A DNA stretch of 64,000 nt from Octopus sinensis (GCF_006345805.1 NC_043003.1:101184001-101248000); one strand, 5' to 3'; numbered from the stretch's first letter, positions 38,293 to 53,429 are shown. A program made the numbers and translations. The notes: generated by a model not told the origin, from the sequence alone.

Positions 38293-41100
38293 TTAGGGAA
38301 TAAAAATTCTGGCATCACAGGGATTCAAATAAATTGAATTATTCTCAATAAGAAAAATACTTTAGACATAAATAATACAGACAATAATAAAATTATTAGT
38401 ATCTAGAAAAGAACCATTGTATAATAAAGAAATGCAAAACTTAGAAGACAAAATTTGGGAAATAGTAAAAAATATAGAATTTTATAAATACCCGAACAGG
38501 CATAATAATTATCTTAAAAACTTAGCTATTAAAATAAAAGGACTGAGAAATACAGAAGGAATCTTCGTACAATCTGATAAAACTAGAAATTTATATTAAT
38601 TAGATATAGAAACATATGATAGCTTACTAGAGAGAGAAATCAATAAAAAATATAAAAAAGTTCAAAATAATACTTTAGAGAAAATAAATAAGAGTTATAA
38701 AGAAATAATGACCAATTATGAACTAGATAAAAAAACAGAACCTTATGTGCCGTTGCACCCAAAGATAACTTTAAAAGACCATAAGGATAATTTCTATGCA
38801 GACCCTAAAGTCCAACTGATATGCCCATGTAAGTTGGATTTAGGTAAATTAAGTAAAATAATATTAGACAAATATATAAATAAATTAAATAATTTAGAAC
38901 ACCTAAAATTATGGGGTAGTACAATGGAAACATTGCAATGGTTTAAAAATATTAAAAACAGTAAGGAATATAAGTTTATACAAATAGATATTGATAATTA
39001 TTATGCATCGATAAATGAGATAGTGTCGAATAACACCTTGATGTATGCCAAAAATAAAATAGGAATGACGATAGAGGAAATTAAGGTAGTCCAAACGGCA
39101 AGGAAATCACTCATAAAATACAATAATAAATTATGGGCTAGAAAGGACACAAGGGAGTACTTTGATGTACTTATGGGAGCACCGGACTCAGCACAGGTAA
39201 CCGACCTAGTTGGGATCTACTTACTTTCCAAATTAAAATTAGAAAATTTAAAAACAGAAGGGGGCTTATATAGAGATGATTTGCTATTGATAACAAAGAA
39301 TTATACGAAAAGAACTCTAGAAAATTATACAAAGAAATTATACAGTTTCTTTAAAAGTTACGGTTTAGAAACTACAATTTATAATGGACATTATAATGTA
39401 AATTTTCTATATGCAAATTTGAATATTGCAACTGGGATGATACAACCTTTCCATAAATTTAATGAAAACTTGAAATACATAAACACATACAGTAACCACC
39501 ACCACCTCTTCGATAAAGAAAACTTTGATAGATAACATTGGGAAAAGAATTCCAATGCCCTCTTCGAATTATGAGACTACTACAAGGAAGCATTAAGGAA
39601 GGCTGGATACAAGGAAATTAAATTCTATAATAAGAATAAAAATAGTAACAATTACACAAAATACAAAAACGTAAACAACCTAAATAATGTTAATATAGCG
39701 AAAAACATAAAAGAAAATGTAGACAGGAATAGAAATAAAAATTAAAATTAAAATAATAAGTATAATAGTCATTATAGGACAACACATTGTAATTTTATTG
39801 AATTCAAGAAGCTGATAAAACACAAAAAATACAAATGGAATAAAAAATAAGGATAGGATTGAATTAATGGGGAAGTATTTAAAATTAAACGAAAACTATA
39901 ATTCAGACCAAACTTTAAATAATATAGAAGATAATAACAATATTTATGTAAATAAAGATACGAGGGATAATATAAACATAAATAAAAATAAAATATGGTT
40001 GATAGTCCCATATGGGACTCAAGTTAAAAGTAATATTATAAAAGAAATCACTAAAACAATAGAATCATTTATTATGGAAAACAAAAAATATATGGACATA
40101 TTCTCTAAAAATAATATACGAGTGGGATATTCTACTACTAACAATGTAGAGAACATCATCTCATCACTAAATAAGCATAGGTTGAATAAATATTACTACG
40201 ATAAATTAAATAAGCATCTTAATAGGAGGGTTGGAGACCTTAAAAGTTGCAATTGTAGGGATAAAAACCACTGTGAATTTAAAGGTAGATGTAATGTAAT
40301 GGATGTAGTATATAAATGTGTGGTTTCTGTAAATGTAGATGGAAATGAAAAAAGCAAAATAAATAATACAGATATTGAAAGTTATCCAGATAGAACGTAT
40401 ATTGGGTCAACATCGAATAAAATTAAACAACGAATAGCACAGCATATGAATTCATTTAAAAATAAGAAACTAATGAAATCGACAAGATTAAGTAAATACA
40501 TTTGGAGGTTAAAGTTGAAAGAAATCAAATATGAATTAAAGTGGGATATAATAAGTAAAACTAAATCGTATAGAATTGAGAATAGGTTATGTCTGTTATG
40601 TACCCATGAATTCATGGAAATATTATGGACCAAAACTTAATGCTCAGGAGGAAAGAAAAATAAAATGTAAATATAAACTGAAGTGTTTAATTAATAACGT
40701 CCAACCCTAAAATAAAGAAATAAATTTAATTTGTACGTAATGTTACTACTACTATTATTTAATATGAACGTATTAGTTTAAATTAACTTACGATTCAATG
40801 TGGGTAGGTATAGTAGTGCGGTGAGTGTGAACAAAGGGTGGGAATAATAAGAAATAAAAGAAAGTAATACTCCCATAATGCATCTATTTATTTCCTGCAC
40901 CATCGTTACTATTAAGTTAATATGCTAATTAAGCAATAGTTTAAAAGAAGCAGCAAGTATGTGGGAATGTAGATATTTTTGCTGAGCTTTGAGGTGTTAA
41001 GCAGAACTTAGCTCGAATTATGACCATGTTATACAACAGTAGATTAAACATAAATATTTTTTACAATATTTGTTTTACAATATTTTTTTACGTTATTATA
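38290..41100 (+). mobile_element. Near-complete Penelope/Poseidon-type PLE (RT and GIY-YIG), frameshifted
   Basis: ORF 38708-39535: IDIDNYYASI, LMGAPDSAQVTDLVG, GLYRDD. ORF 39867-40640: CNCRDKNHC, VYKCVV, TYIGSTSNKIKQRIAQH, CLLCTHE. Confidence 0.92.
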
Positions 41101-41309
41101 ACGCTCTAACTATTACTTTGTAAATTAAGATTATTATATTTTATCATTTAAAAGTTTTTTTCACCGTAGATTTCATTATATATCTTTTTATATTTTTTGC
41201 ATTTTGTCATTCATTCGTATTTGTTTACATCCACTTTTATCTATAGTTTTTATTCGAATATATATTTCTTTGTCACTGTTTATTTCATCATCACTATATT
41301 ATAGGCAAC

Positions 41310-43330
41310 TGATTTAGTAGGTTTTTATTATCGGAACTTCAATTAGAAAAATTGAAGTTGGAGGGTGGTTTATATAGGGATGACCTTTTATTAATAACTA
41401 AGAATTGCATCAATAGAACACTAGAATTATATAAAAAGAAACTATATAGTTTTTTTTAACAGATATGGATTGAGTATTACTATATATAATAACTATAATG
41501 TTAATTATTTAGATGCTAATTTTAATCTAATAACAGGTAAAACCCAACCATTCCATAAAATTAATGAAAACCTTTGATATATTAAGAAATCATTGATAGA
41601 TAATATAGGAAAAAGAATATTGTTGCTTTCTTCTAATTTTGAGATTTTCCATAAACACGCACTTTATTATAATGAAGCCCTGCAAGGTGGGATATAATAA
41701 TAATATTAAATTCTTTAATAATTCTAAATATGATTATAATATAAATGATTCCTATATTTTTTTATAATAATAAACTTAACATTAAGAATTATGATACATT
41801 TTATTTAGGTAATTATGGTATTAATAATATGTATTATGATAATACAAAACATAAATAGAGTAAAAAATAAGATTAAATTTAATTCATTTAATGATAGTAA
41901 TAAATTTAATAATATTAATAATAAGAACAAAATTTGGTTAGTTATTCCTTATGGAGCACAAGTTAAAACAAACATTATTAAAGAGATTTTAACTATAATT
42001 GAAGAATTCATTAGAAATAATATAAAATATAACATTTTTTCTAGTAATAATTATGGAGTTGGTTATTCTACTACTAATAATGTAGGTAACATTATTTCTT
42101 CTTTTAATAAATTTAAGCTGAATAAGTTTTACAAAAACAAATCAAATAATTATTCCAATAATAATAATAATAATAATATAATTAATTATACGTGTAGAAA
42201 TAAAACTAAATGTAAATTTAATAATAAATGTAATATCGATGATGTAGTATATAAATGTGTAATGACTTTGATGATAATAGGAATGATTTTAATTTAAATG
42301 CCATTTACATTTACATAAGGCAAAATCATATCGAATAGGTAGTAATTTTTGTTTATTATGTACTGACGAATTTAAGGAGATATTATTAACTAATAATAAA
42401 AATTTAGCTAATTCCCTAGACGAACGAAAAATTAAATGTAGACATTAATCAAATTACTTATATAAGTTTAGTTAATTTGTGTTTATATATAAACCCTGTT
42501 TTATCTAACTGATTGTTGTAGTTATTATTTGTAGTAGTAAAATGTGTATAAATTATCACAAGATTATATAGTCTATATTACATAATTAGAATTATAAAAT
42601 TATAAAATAAATAAATAAATTATAAATTATAAAATAAATAAATTATAGAATTTTAGCTTAATTTATCTTTATTATATTATGTATTTTACATATTTAGTAT
42701 TTAAATTATTTAAATTTTACGTATTTAGTATTTAAATTATTAAGACTTTACAAAGTTTCCAATTAATAGTATATTAAAGTTAATTTTTTTTCCTTATTCT
42801 TACAGCTATAATACATTTGTAATTTTTATAGCTCAAATACATATTTCTTTCTATCTATTTCTTCTATAAATTCTATTTACGCCATATTTTCACGCGATAT
42901 ATTTCTTATAAATGCTAAGTTTGACGTTTTACGTTGAAATTTTTAGTTAACGAAAATCCTTCGACAAAATATGTTATATTTTAATTTTAAGAAATATTGT
43001 TAAATGCTTTTCAATTATTTATAGTTTAGATAAGTACATTTATTCTATTATTTTTTTATTATTTCTTATCTTAGACCTGATAAGTGACTATATTTATGAA
43101 TAGAATTAATGTTAGTTCAATTTGATTTTAAATCGAATTGATTTTATTATTATTATCTATTTGAAAATACAGCCATGAAACGTGCGTAGTCTTTTAACTA
43201 CTATTTACTATTTATTGCATTTTATTATTTTTAAAATAAGGATTTTTTATAGTATATGTTTTCTATATGGTGTGAATAACACCTTTCTTTATTGAATTGT
43301 TTAATAGCGGTTTTTCTCTAAAATATATAC
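41310..43330 (+). mobile_element. Second, more decayed PLE copy in tandem, with pLTR
   Basis: GLYRDDLL remnant near 41370; KIWLVIPYGAQVK; VGYSTTNN shared with the 27.2-kb and 40.1-kb copies; HHR at 43073. Confidence 0.85.
43073..43192 (+). ncRNA. Degenerate hammerhead motif (same family as 26892 and 28350)
   Basis: AGAC-CTGATAA-GTGACT...AGCCAT-GAAAC-GTGC-GTA-GTCT. Confidence 0.7.
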
Positions 43331-43419
43331 ATATATTATGTATTGTAAAATTTTATTTAAAATTGTTAAATTAAATTTTTCCCTGTATGTTTTGGAATTA
43401 TATTCCCAACTATTATTAC

Positions 43420-44695
<1,276 letters not shown>

Positions 44696-44861
44696 TTTGT
44701 TGTGCAAGATTTTTTATGTGAAGTCGTGTGTTGAAACAGATATTGTTATATTTCAGAATGGTCATATTGCCAGTTTAGCCAATAAAAACACATGCACTAT
44801 ATATTTGGTGTTATTTTGCTTCATTGTTATTTATTTTTTACATTAATCTTAATCTTATTTC

Positions 44862-44906
44862 GGCCAGAGTTCTTTCATCACACTCCTGTGACCGCATCAG
44901 TGGTCC
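44862..44906 (-). ncRNA. Hammerhead-like motif, A9C variant (left arm)
   Basis: Exact reverse complement of 45707-45751. Confidence 0.6.
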
Positions 44907-45315
44907 TTTGTTTTCTTCTTTCTTATTTGTGTCTCTCCTTACTAACCGTCAGCCATTTTGTATTTCTATTGTATGTCTTCATTTGCGCATGCTTATATCT
45001 CTATGTGCGTTTATGTTTATTTAGTGTATGTGAGGGGATGCCTCTAATATTTGTATCTTCTGTTTATATATGTTCATGTAATTTGTATTTTGTTTTTGTT
45101 GTTTTTGTTTATTCTTATTTTGTTCATGTGTTTACATCAACTTATTATTATCATTACATATGCTTGTATGTATAACAACAATACTAGTAATAATAATAAT
45201 AAATCGAATTGAAAAAAAAAAAATATATATATATATATATAAAAAAATTTTTAAATAAAAAATAAATAAAAATAATAAATTTCAAAAAAAATATCTACAT
45301 ATATATATATATATA

Positions 45316-45350
<35 letters not shown>

Positions 45351-45706
45351 GTATATATATATACATATATATAGCCACTTATTTCTATTAGTTTATTTAT
45401 CTGTATATTTATTATGTTTTCAGGATCCTCTATTGTCATATGTTGTGGTGTGTGCTAGTGCTCCATTCTAGTTTTCTATTCAGGCTAAGTTTATTTTCTA
45501 TTATGTGTGTAGCTTCTGTAATACAAATTACATGAACATATATAAACAGAAGATACAAATATTAGAGGCATCCCCCCACATACACACACTAAATAAACAT
45601 AAATGCACATAGAGATATAAGCATGCGCAAATGAAGACATACAATAGAAATACAAAATGGCTGACGGTTAGTAAGGAGAGACACAAATAAGAAAGAAGAA
45701 AACAAA

Positions 45707-45751
45707 GGACCACTGATGCGGTCACAGGAGTGTGATGAAAGAACTCTGGCC
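45707..45751 (+). ncRNA. Hammerhead-like motif, A9C variant (right arm)
   Basis: GgaCCA-CTGATGC-g-GTCAC aggagt GTGAT-GAAA-GAAC-TC-TGGcC. Confidence 0.6.
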
Positions 45752-45892
45752 GAAATAAGATTAAGATTAATGTAAAAAATAAATAACACTGAAGCAAAAT
45801 AACACCAAATATATAGTGCGTGTGTTTTTATTGGCTAAACTGGCAAAATGACCATTCCGAAATATAACAATATATATATATATATATATATG

Positions 45893-46028
45893 TCAGGCCG
45901 AAGAACGAAATGTTCCCAATAAAAGAGTCTTTCTAATCTAATGTTGTGGTTGAGCTGTTTATATTTATTATTATTACTATTATTAGTAGTATTAGTATTG
46001 TCCCTTTGATCCTCGGTCGAAAATTTGC

Positions 46029-46064
<36 letters not shown>

Positions 46065-46388
46065 TTACTATTTTCATTTTCAGCTTCGCCTTGTATTGCA
46101 TATTATTTCTCCATACAGGGGTTTTTTTCAATGGCGGCCCATTTTCGCGGGGTTCCACTATTCCCTTCTCTCTCTCCCTCTTTTACGTTGTCTGCCATCC
46201 CCCTCTTCCTTTGCTAAGAGCATTTTAAGCCAGCCCGTCATATTCCCGTGTCAGGCCGAAGAACGAAATGTTCCCAAGATAAGAGAGTCTTTCTAATCTA
46301 ATGTTGTGGTTGAGCTGTTTATTATTTATTATTATTACTATTATTAGTAGTATTAGTATTGTCCTTTGATCCTCGGTCGAAAATTTGC

Positions 46389-46424
<36 letters not shown>

Positions 46425-46744
46425 TTATTACTATTTTCAGCTTCGCCTTGTATGCATATTATTTCTCCATACAGGGGTTTTTCAATGGCGGCCCATTTTC
46501 GCGGGGTTCCACTATTCCCTTCTCTCTCTCCCTCTTTTACGTTGTCTGCCATCCCCCCTCTTCCTTTGCTAAGAGCATTTTTAAGCCAGCCCGTCATATT
46601 CCCGTGTCAGCCGAAGAACGAAATGTTCCCAAGATAAGAGAGTCTTTCTAATCTAATGTTGTGGTTGAGCTGTTTATTATTTATTATTATTACTATTATT
46701 AGTAGTATTAGTATTGTCCCTTTGATCCTCGGTCGAAAATTTGC

Positions 46745-46780
<36 letters not shown>

Positions 46781-47100
46781 TTACTATTTTCAGCTTCGCC
46801 TTGTATTGCATATTATTTCTCATACAGGGGTTTTTTTCAATGGCGGCCCATTTTCGCGGGGTTCCACTATTTCCCTTCTCTCTCTCCCTCTTTTACGTTG
46901 TCTGCCATCCCCCCTCTTCCTTTGCTAAGAGCATTTTTAAGCCAGCCCGTCATATTCCCGTGTCAGGCCGAAGAACGAAATGTTCCCAGATAAGAGAGTC
47001 TTTCTAATCTAATGTTGTGGTTGAGCTGTTTATTATTTATTATTATTACTATTATTAGTAGTATTAGTATTGTCCCTTTGATCCTCGGTCGAAAATTTGC

Positions 47101-47136
<36 letters not shown>

Positions 47137-47454
47137 CTATTTTCAGCTTCGCCTTGTATTGCATATTATTTCTCCATACAGGGGTTTTTTCAATGGCGGC
47201 CCATTTTCGCGGGGTTCCACTATTTCCCTTCTCTCTCTCCCTCTTTTACGTTGTCTGCCATCCCCCCTCTTCCTTTGCTAAGAGCATTTTTAAGCCAGCC
47301 CGTCATATTCCCGTGTCAGGCCGAAGAACGAAATGTTCCCAAGATAAGAGAGTCTTTCTAATCTAATGTTGTGGTTGAGCTGTTTATTATTTATTATTAT
47401 TACTATTATTAGTAGTATTAGTATTGTCCCTTTGATCCTCGGTCGAAAATTTGC

Positions 47455-47490
<36 letters not shown>

Positions 47491-47812
47491 TTACTATTTT
47501 CAGCTTCGCCTTGTATTGCATATTATTTCTCCATACAGGGGTTTTTTTCAATGGCGGCCCATTTTCGCGGGGTTCCACTATTTCCCTTCTCTCTCTCCCT
47601 CTTTTACGTTGTCTGCCATCCCCCCTCTTCCTTTGCTAAGAGCATTTTTAAGCCAGCCCGTCATATTCCCGTGTCAGGCCGAAGAACGAAATGTTCCCAA
47701 GATAAGAGAGTCTTTCTAATCTAATGTTGTGGTTGAGCTGTTTATTATTTATTATTATTACTATTATTAGTAGTATTAGTATTGTCCCTTTGATCCTCGG
47801 TCGAAAATTTGC

Positions 47813-47848
<36 letters not shown>

Positions 47849-48520
47849 TTACTATTTTCAGCTTCGCCTTGTATTGCATATTATTTCTCCATACAGGGGT
47901 TTTTTTTCAATGGCGGCCCATTTTCGCGGGGTTCCACTATTTCCCTTCTCTCTCTCCTCTTTACGTTGTCTGCCATCCCCCCTCTTCCTTTGCTAAGAGC
48001 ATTTTTAAGCCAGCCCGTCATATTCCCGTGTCAGGCCGAAGAACGAAATGTTCCCAAGATAAGAGAGTCTTTCTAATCTAATGTTGTGGTTGAGCTGTTT
48101 ATTATTTATTATTATTACTATTATTAGTAGTATTAGTATTGTCCCTTTGATCCTCGGTCGAAAATTTGCTATTATTATTATTTATTATTATTATTATATT
48201 ATTACTATTTTCAGCTTCGCCTTGTATTGCATATTATTTCTCCATACAGGGGTTTTTTCAATGGCGGCCCATTTTCGCGGGGTTCCACTATTTCCCTTCT
48301 CTCTCTCCCTCTTTTACGTTGTCTGCCATCCCCCCTCTTCCTTTGCTAAGAGCATTTTTAAGCCAGCCCGTCATATTCCCGTGTCAGGCGAAGAACGAAA
48401 TGTTCCCAGATAAGAGAGTCTTTCTAATCTAATGTTGTGGTTGAGCTGTTTATTATTTATTATTATTACTATTATTAGTAGTATTAGTATTGTCCCTTTG
48501 ATCCTCGGTCGAAAATTTGC

Positions 48521-48556
<36 letters not shown>

Positions 48557-49592
48557 TTACTATTTTCAGCTTCGCCTTGTATTGCATATTATTTCTCCAT
48601 ACAGGGGTTTTTTCAATGGCGGCCCATTTTCGCGGGGTTCCACTATTTCCTTCTCTCTCTCCCTCTTTTACGTTGTCTGCCATCCCCCCCTTCCTTTGCT
48701 AAGAGCATTTTTAAGCCACCCGTCATATTCCCGTGTCAGGCCGAAGAAAAACGAAATGTTCCCAAGATAAGAGAGTCTTTCTAATCTAATGTTGTGGTTG
48801 AGCTGTTTATTATTTATTATTATTACTATTATTAGTAGTATTAGTATTGTCCCTTTGATCCTCGGTCGAAAATTTGCTTATTATTATTATTAGTATTATT
48901 ATTTATTATTATACTATTTTCAGCTTCGCCTTGTATTGCATATTATTTCTCCATACAGGGGTTTTTTTCAATGGCGGCCCATTTTCGCGGGTTCCACTAT
49001 TTCCCTTCTCTCTTCCTCTCTCTCTCCCTTTTTACTTGTCTGCCATCCCCCCTCTCCTTTGCTAAGAGCATTTTTAAGCCAGCCCGTCATATTCCCGTGT
49101 CAGGCCGAAGAACGAAATGTTCCCAAGATAAGAGAGTCTTTCTAATCTAATGTTTGGTTGAGCTGTTTATTATTTATTATTATTACTATTATTAGTAGTA
49201 TTAGTATTGTCCCTTTGATCCTCGGTCGAAAATTTGCTTATTATTATTATTAGTATTATTATTTTATATTATTACTATTTTCAGCTTCGCCTTGTATTGC
49301 ATATTATTTCTCCATACAGGGGTTTTTTCAATGGCGGCCCATTTTCGCGGGGTTCCACTATTTCCCTTCTCTCTCTCCCTCTTTTACGTTGTCTGCCATC
49401 CCCCCTCTTCCTTGCTAAGAGCATTTTTAAGCGCAGCCCGTCATATTCCCGTGTCAGGCCGAAGAACGAAATGTTCCCAAGATAAGAGAGTCTTTCTAAT
49501 CTAATGTTGTGGTTGAGCTGTTTATTATTTATTATTATTACTATTATTAGTAGTATTAGTATTGTCCCTTTGATCCTCGGTCGAAAATTTGC

Positions 49593-49628
<36 letters not shown>

Positions 49629-49946
49629 TTACTATTTTCAGCTTCGCCTTGTATTGCATATTATTTCTCCATACAGGGGTTTTTTCAATGGCGGCCCATT
49701 TTCGCGGGGTTCCACTATTTCCCTTCTCTCTCTCCCTCTTTTGTCTGCCATCCCCCCTCTTCCTTTGCTAAGAGCATTTTTAAGCCAGCCCGTCATATTC
49801 CCGTGTCAGGCCGAAGAACGAAATGTTCCCAAGATAAGAGAGTCTTTCTAATCTAATGTTGTGGTTGAGCTGTTATTATTATTATTTTATTATTCTATTA
49901 TTAGTAGTATTAGTATTGTCCCTTTGATCCTCGGTCGAAAATTTGC

Positions 49947-49982
<36 letters not shown>

Positions 49983-50304
49983 TTATTACTATTTTCAGCT
50001 TCGCCTTGTATTGCATATTATTTCTCCATACAGGGGTTTTTTCAATGGCGGCCCATTTTCGCGGGGTTCCACTATTTCCCTTCTCTCTCTCCCTCTTTTA
50101 CGTTGTCTGCCATCCCCCCTCTTCCTTTGCTAAGAGCATTTTTAAGCCAGCCCGTCATATTCCCGTGTCAGGCCGAAGAACGAAATGTTCCCAAGATAAG
50201 AGTCTTTCTAATCTAATGTTGTGGTTGAGCTGTTTATTATTTATTATTATTACTATTATTAGTAGTATTAGTATTGTCCCTTTGATCCTCGGTCGAAAAT
50301 TTGC

Positions 50305-50340
<36 letters not shown>

Positions 50341-50656
50341 TTACTATTTTCAGCTTCGCCTTGTATTGCATATTATTTCTCCATACAGGGGTTTTTTCAA
50401 TGGCGCCCATTTTCGCGGGGTCCACTATTTCCCTTCTCTCTCCCTCTTTTACGTTGTCTGCCATCCCCCCTCTTCCTTTGCTAAGAGCATTTTTAAGCCA
50501 GCCCGTCATATTCCCGTGTCAGGCCGAAGAACGAAATGTTCCCAAGATAAGAGAGTCTTTCTAATCTAATGTTGTGGTTGAGCTGTTTATTATTTATTAT
50601 ATTACTATTATTAGTAGTATTAGTATTGTCCCTTTGATCCTCGGTCGAAAATTTGC

Positions 50657-50692
<36 letters not shown>

Positions 50693-51011
50693 TTACTATT
50701 TTCAGCTTCGCCTTGTATTGCATATTATTTCTCCATACAGGGGTTTTTCAATGGCGGCCCATTTTCGCGGGGTTCCACTATTTCCCTTCTCTCTCTCTCC
50801 CTCTTTTACGTTTCTGCCATCCCCCCTCTTCCTTTGCTAAGAGCATTTTTAAGCCAGCCCGTCATATTCCCGTGTCAGGCCGAAGAACGAAATGTTCCCA
50901 AGATAAAGAGTCTTTCTAATCTAATGTTGTGGTTGAGCTGTTTATTATTATTATTATTACTATTATTAGTAGTATTAGTATTGTCCCTTTGATCCTCGGT
51001 CGAAAATTTGC

Positions 51012-51047
<36 letters not shown>

Positions 51048-51368
51048 TTACTATTTTCAGCTTCGCCTTGTATTGCATATTATTTCTCCATACAGGGGTT
51101 TTTTCAATGGCGGCCCATTTTCGCGGGGTTCCACTATTTCCCTTCTCTCTCTCCCTCTTTTACGTTGTCTGCCATCCCCCCTCTTCCTTTGCTAAGAGCA
51201 TTTTTAAGCCAGCCCGTCATATTCCCGTGTCAGGCCGAAGAACGAAATGTTCCCAAGATAAGAGAGTCTTTCTAATCTAATGTTGTGGTTGAGCTGGTTT
51301 ATTATTTATTATATTACTATTATTAGTAGTATTAGTATTGTCCCTTTGATCCTCGGTCGAAAATTTGC

Positions 51369-51404
<36 letters not shown>

Positions 51405-51585
51405 TTACTATTTTCAGCTTCGCCTTGTATTGCATATTATTTCTCCATACAGGGGTTTTTCAATGGCGGCCCATTTTCGCGGGGTTCCACTATTTCCCTT
51501 CTCTCTCTCCCTCTTTTACGTTGTCTGCCATCCCCCCTCTTCCTTTGCTAAGAGCATTTTTAAGCCAGCCCGTCATATTCCCGTG
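45893..51585. repeat. Tandem satellite, 16 copies of a roughly 356-bp unit
   Basis: Unit TCAGGCCGAAGAACG...CATATTCCCGTG counted 16 times over 5693 bp; copies differ mainly by 1-3 bp indels. Confidence 0.97.
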
Positions 51586-52076
51586 CACCCGCCCTTGCCC
51601 ACCCCCACCACCATACCGGATATCTCTATATTTTTGCTCCATCTATACCGGATGTCGCTTCTCCCACCACCATTATAGGTGTCTACTCTTCGAACCCCCC
51701 TCTTCAATACGCTATTTCACCATGCATTACCCCTCTTTGATATCCTACGTTCTACTTGCCTAGAACCTGTCATCATTTCTCTGAACCACCCCTCCCCACT
51801 GGTGCTCCCCTATATTCCCCCCCCCCCACATAAAAAGCACCATCTGAACGTAGCCGATGCCAGACCCCTCTGGCACCTGTGCAGGTGGCACGTAAAAAAC
51901 ACCCACTACACTCGCGGAGTGGTTGGCGTTAGGAAGGGCATCCAGCTGTAGAAACACTGCCAGACTAGACTGGAGCCTAGGGCAGTCCCGAGCTCCCCAG
52001 ACCCCGGTCGAAACCGTCCAACCCGTGCTAGCGCGGAAAACGGACGTTAAACGATGATGATGATGATGATGATGAT
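51583..52076 (+). mobile_element. Short non-autonomous RTE derivative (RTE-like 5' end joined to the RTE 3' tail)
   Basis: Starts GTGCACCCGCCC like RTE copies 2 and 3; ends AACCCGTGCTAGCGCGGAAAACGGACGTTAAAC(GAT)n. Confidence 0.75.
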
Positions 52077-53429
52077 ATATATATATATATATATATATAT
52101 ACAGGACAAATATATATATACATATTTTCTTTTACTCTTTTACTTGTTTCGGCTATGCGGCAGTAGTCATGCTGGAGCACGATCATGGAAAAGCTAGCAG
52201 AGTGGAGTTTCGATCTACAGACTTCTGAGCTACCCAGTATGTGAACATTAATACTGACTGTACACTATTCTGAATACATGTGCATTTGTCCTTCTAAACT
52301 AAGTTTGTTGTGACAAAAATATATACCAAAGTACATATAAAAAAACAGGTAAATCCTCAGCACAGTATGATATATGCTATATATTATGTTATAAGTTGTA
52401 TATCATTGTACCAGTGAATTTTGCATCCTACTAACTCATATGGACAGACCATACAGTCCTAGACTACCTACACAAATAAGACCTATTAACTATCCATATA
52501 ATTCCATTTTATACAATACGTATCAACATTATTGTTGAATATTATAAGTACAATTATAGACTGTTCCTCCAGTTGTATGTAAAATCCATTTAATTCCATT
52601 TTATGCAATATGTATCATGATTATTGTCTGTTTATATATGTCACCATGGGAGTTTGTGTGTCACTGATGTGTGCTAATGCGAAAATACAGCTATGTATAT
52701 GCACATATAAATATATTTGCATGGATGTGTGCCCGGAACAGTAAATATTTAGAGACTTCATGAGGTGTTATTACATACCTGGAATATAGACATCTACACA
52801 TGGGCCCCTATGTGTAAATATATTTGTGGATGCACAGAGATAAATACTTATGAATGGTCTATATGTAAATACTTATATATGGGGCCCTGTATGTGAATGT
52901 ATATATATGCATATGGAGATATGTGCATGTATCTGTATATGTATGTAAATACTTGTAAATGTAAATATTTGTAAATATATGTATGAGTGTGCGTCTATGC
53001 ATATATATATAAATACTTGTGTAAGTGTGAGTGTGTCTGCGAAACCATCCCCTAACATGCTGGTCTAGTCATCCGTAACTGATTGTAGAATTTGCTGCGT
53101 AGCAAGGAGTTAGACACTATTTATCTGCTTACTCTAATGCAAACATCTTGGTTATTTATGACCACATTAAATGATACTCCCTTGGTGGCATGAGTGAGTG
53201 TGTGTATGTCTATATACATCTATATATATATGTGTTCATGTCAATGAACACATATATATCCTTCTTCCTTTTAACATTCAATTCATATTCTTTGGCAGGT
53301 TTTATTCTTTAACCTTCGTTATTTTAATTTATGTTCTATATTCACTGTCAACTGTAACCAGACCCATTTGTAGGTTATAACCCCCAAATTATTCTACCCT
53401 CTGTCAGTGAACACATACTATATATTCTT

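Larger units (their letters stand above)
44740..45873. mobile_element. Fold-back element: roughly 350-bp inverted arms (44740-45089 / 45520-45873) with a 430-bp spacer
   Basis: Arms are reverse complements with a few substitutions (CAGAATGGTCATATTGCC vs CGGAATGGTCATTTTGCC); each arm carries an outward-facing HHR-like motif. Confidence 0.9.

Noticed and set aside
40978-41030. Possible hammerhead remnant after the 38.3-kb PLE (CTGAGCT...TTAGCTC-GAAT)
   Set aside because: It needs a deletion and several substitutions to fit.
45893-51585. Satellite as a CRISPR array, RNA-gene array or retrozyme (CCGAAGA-AC-GAAA-TGTT motif; CCGAGGA on the minus strand)
   Set aside because: There are no unique spacers and no match to tRNA, 5S or U snRNA that I recognise. 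The HHR-like words have U4C, no stem II and at most a 2-bp stem I.
52655-52700. CTGATGT...GC-GAAA motif
   Set aside because: No stem I or stem III pairing.
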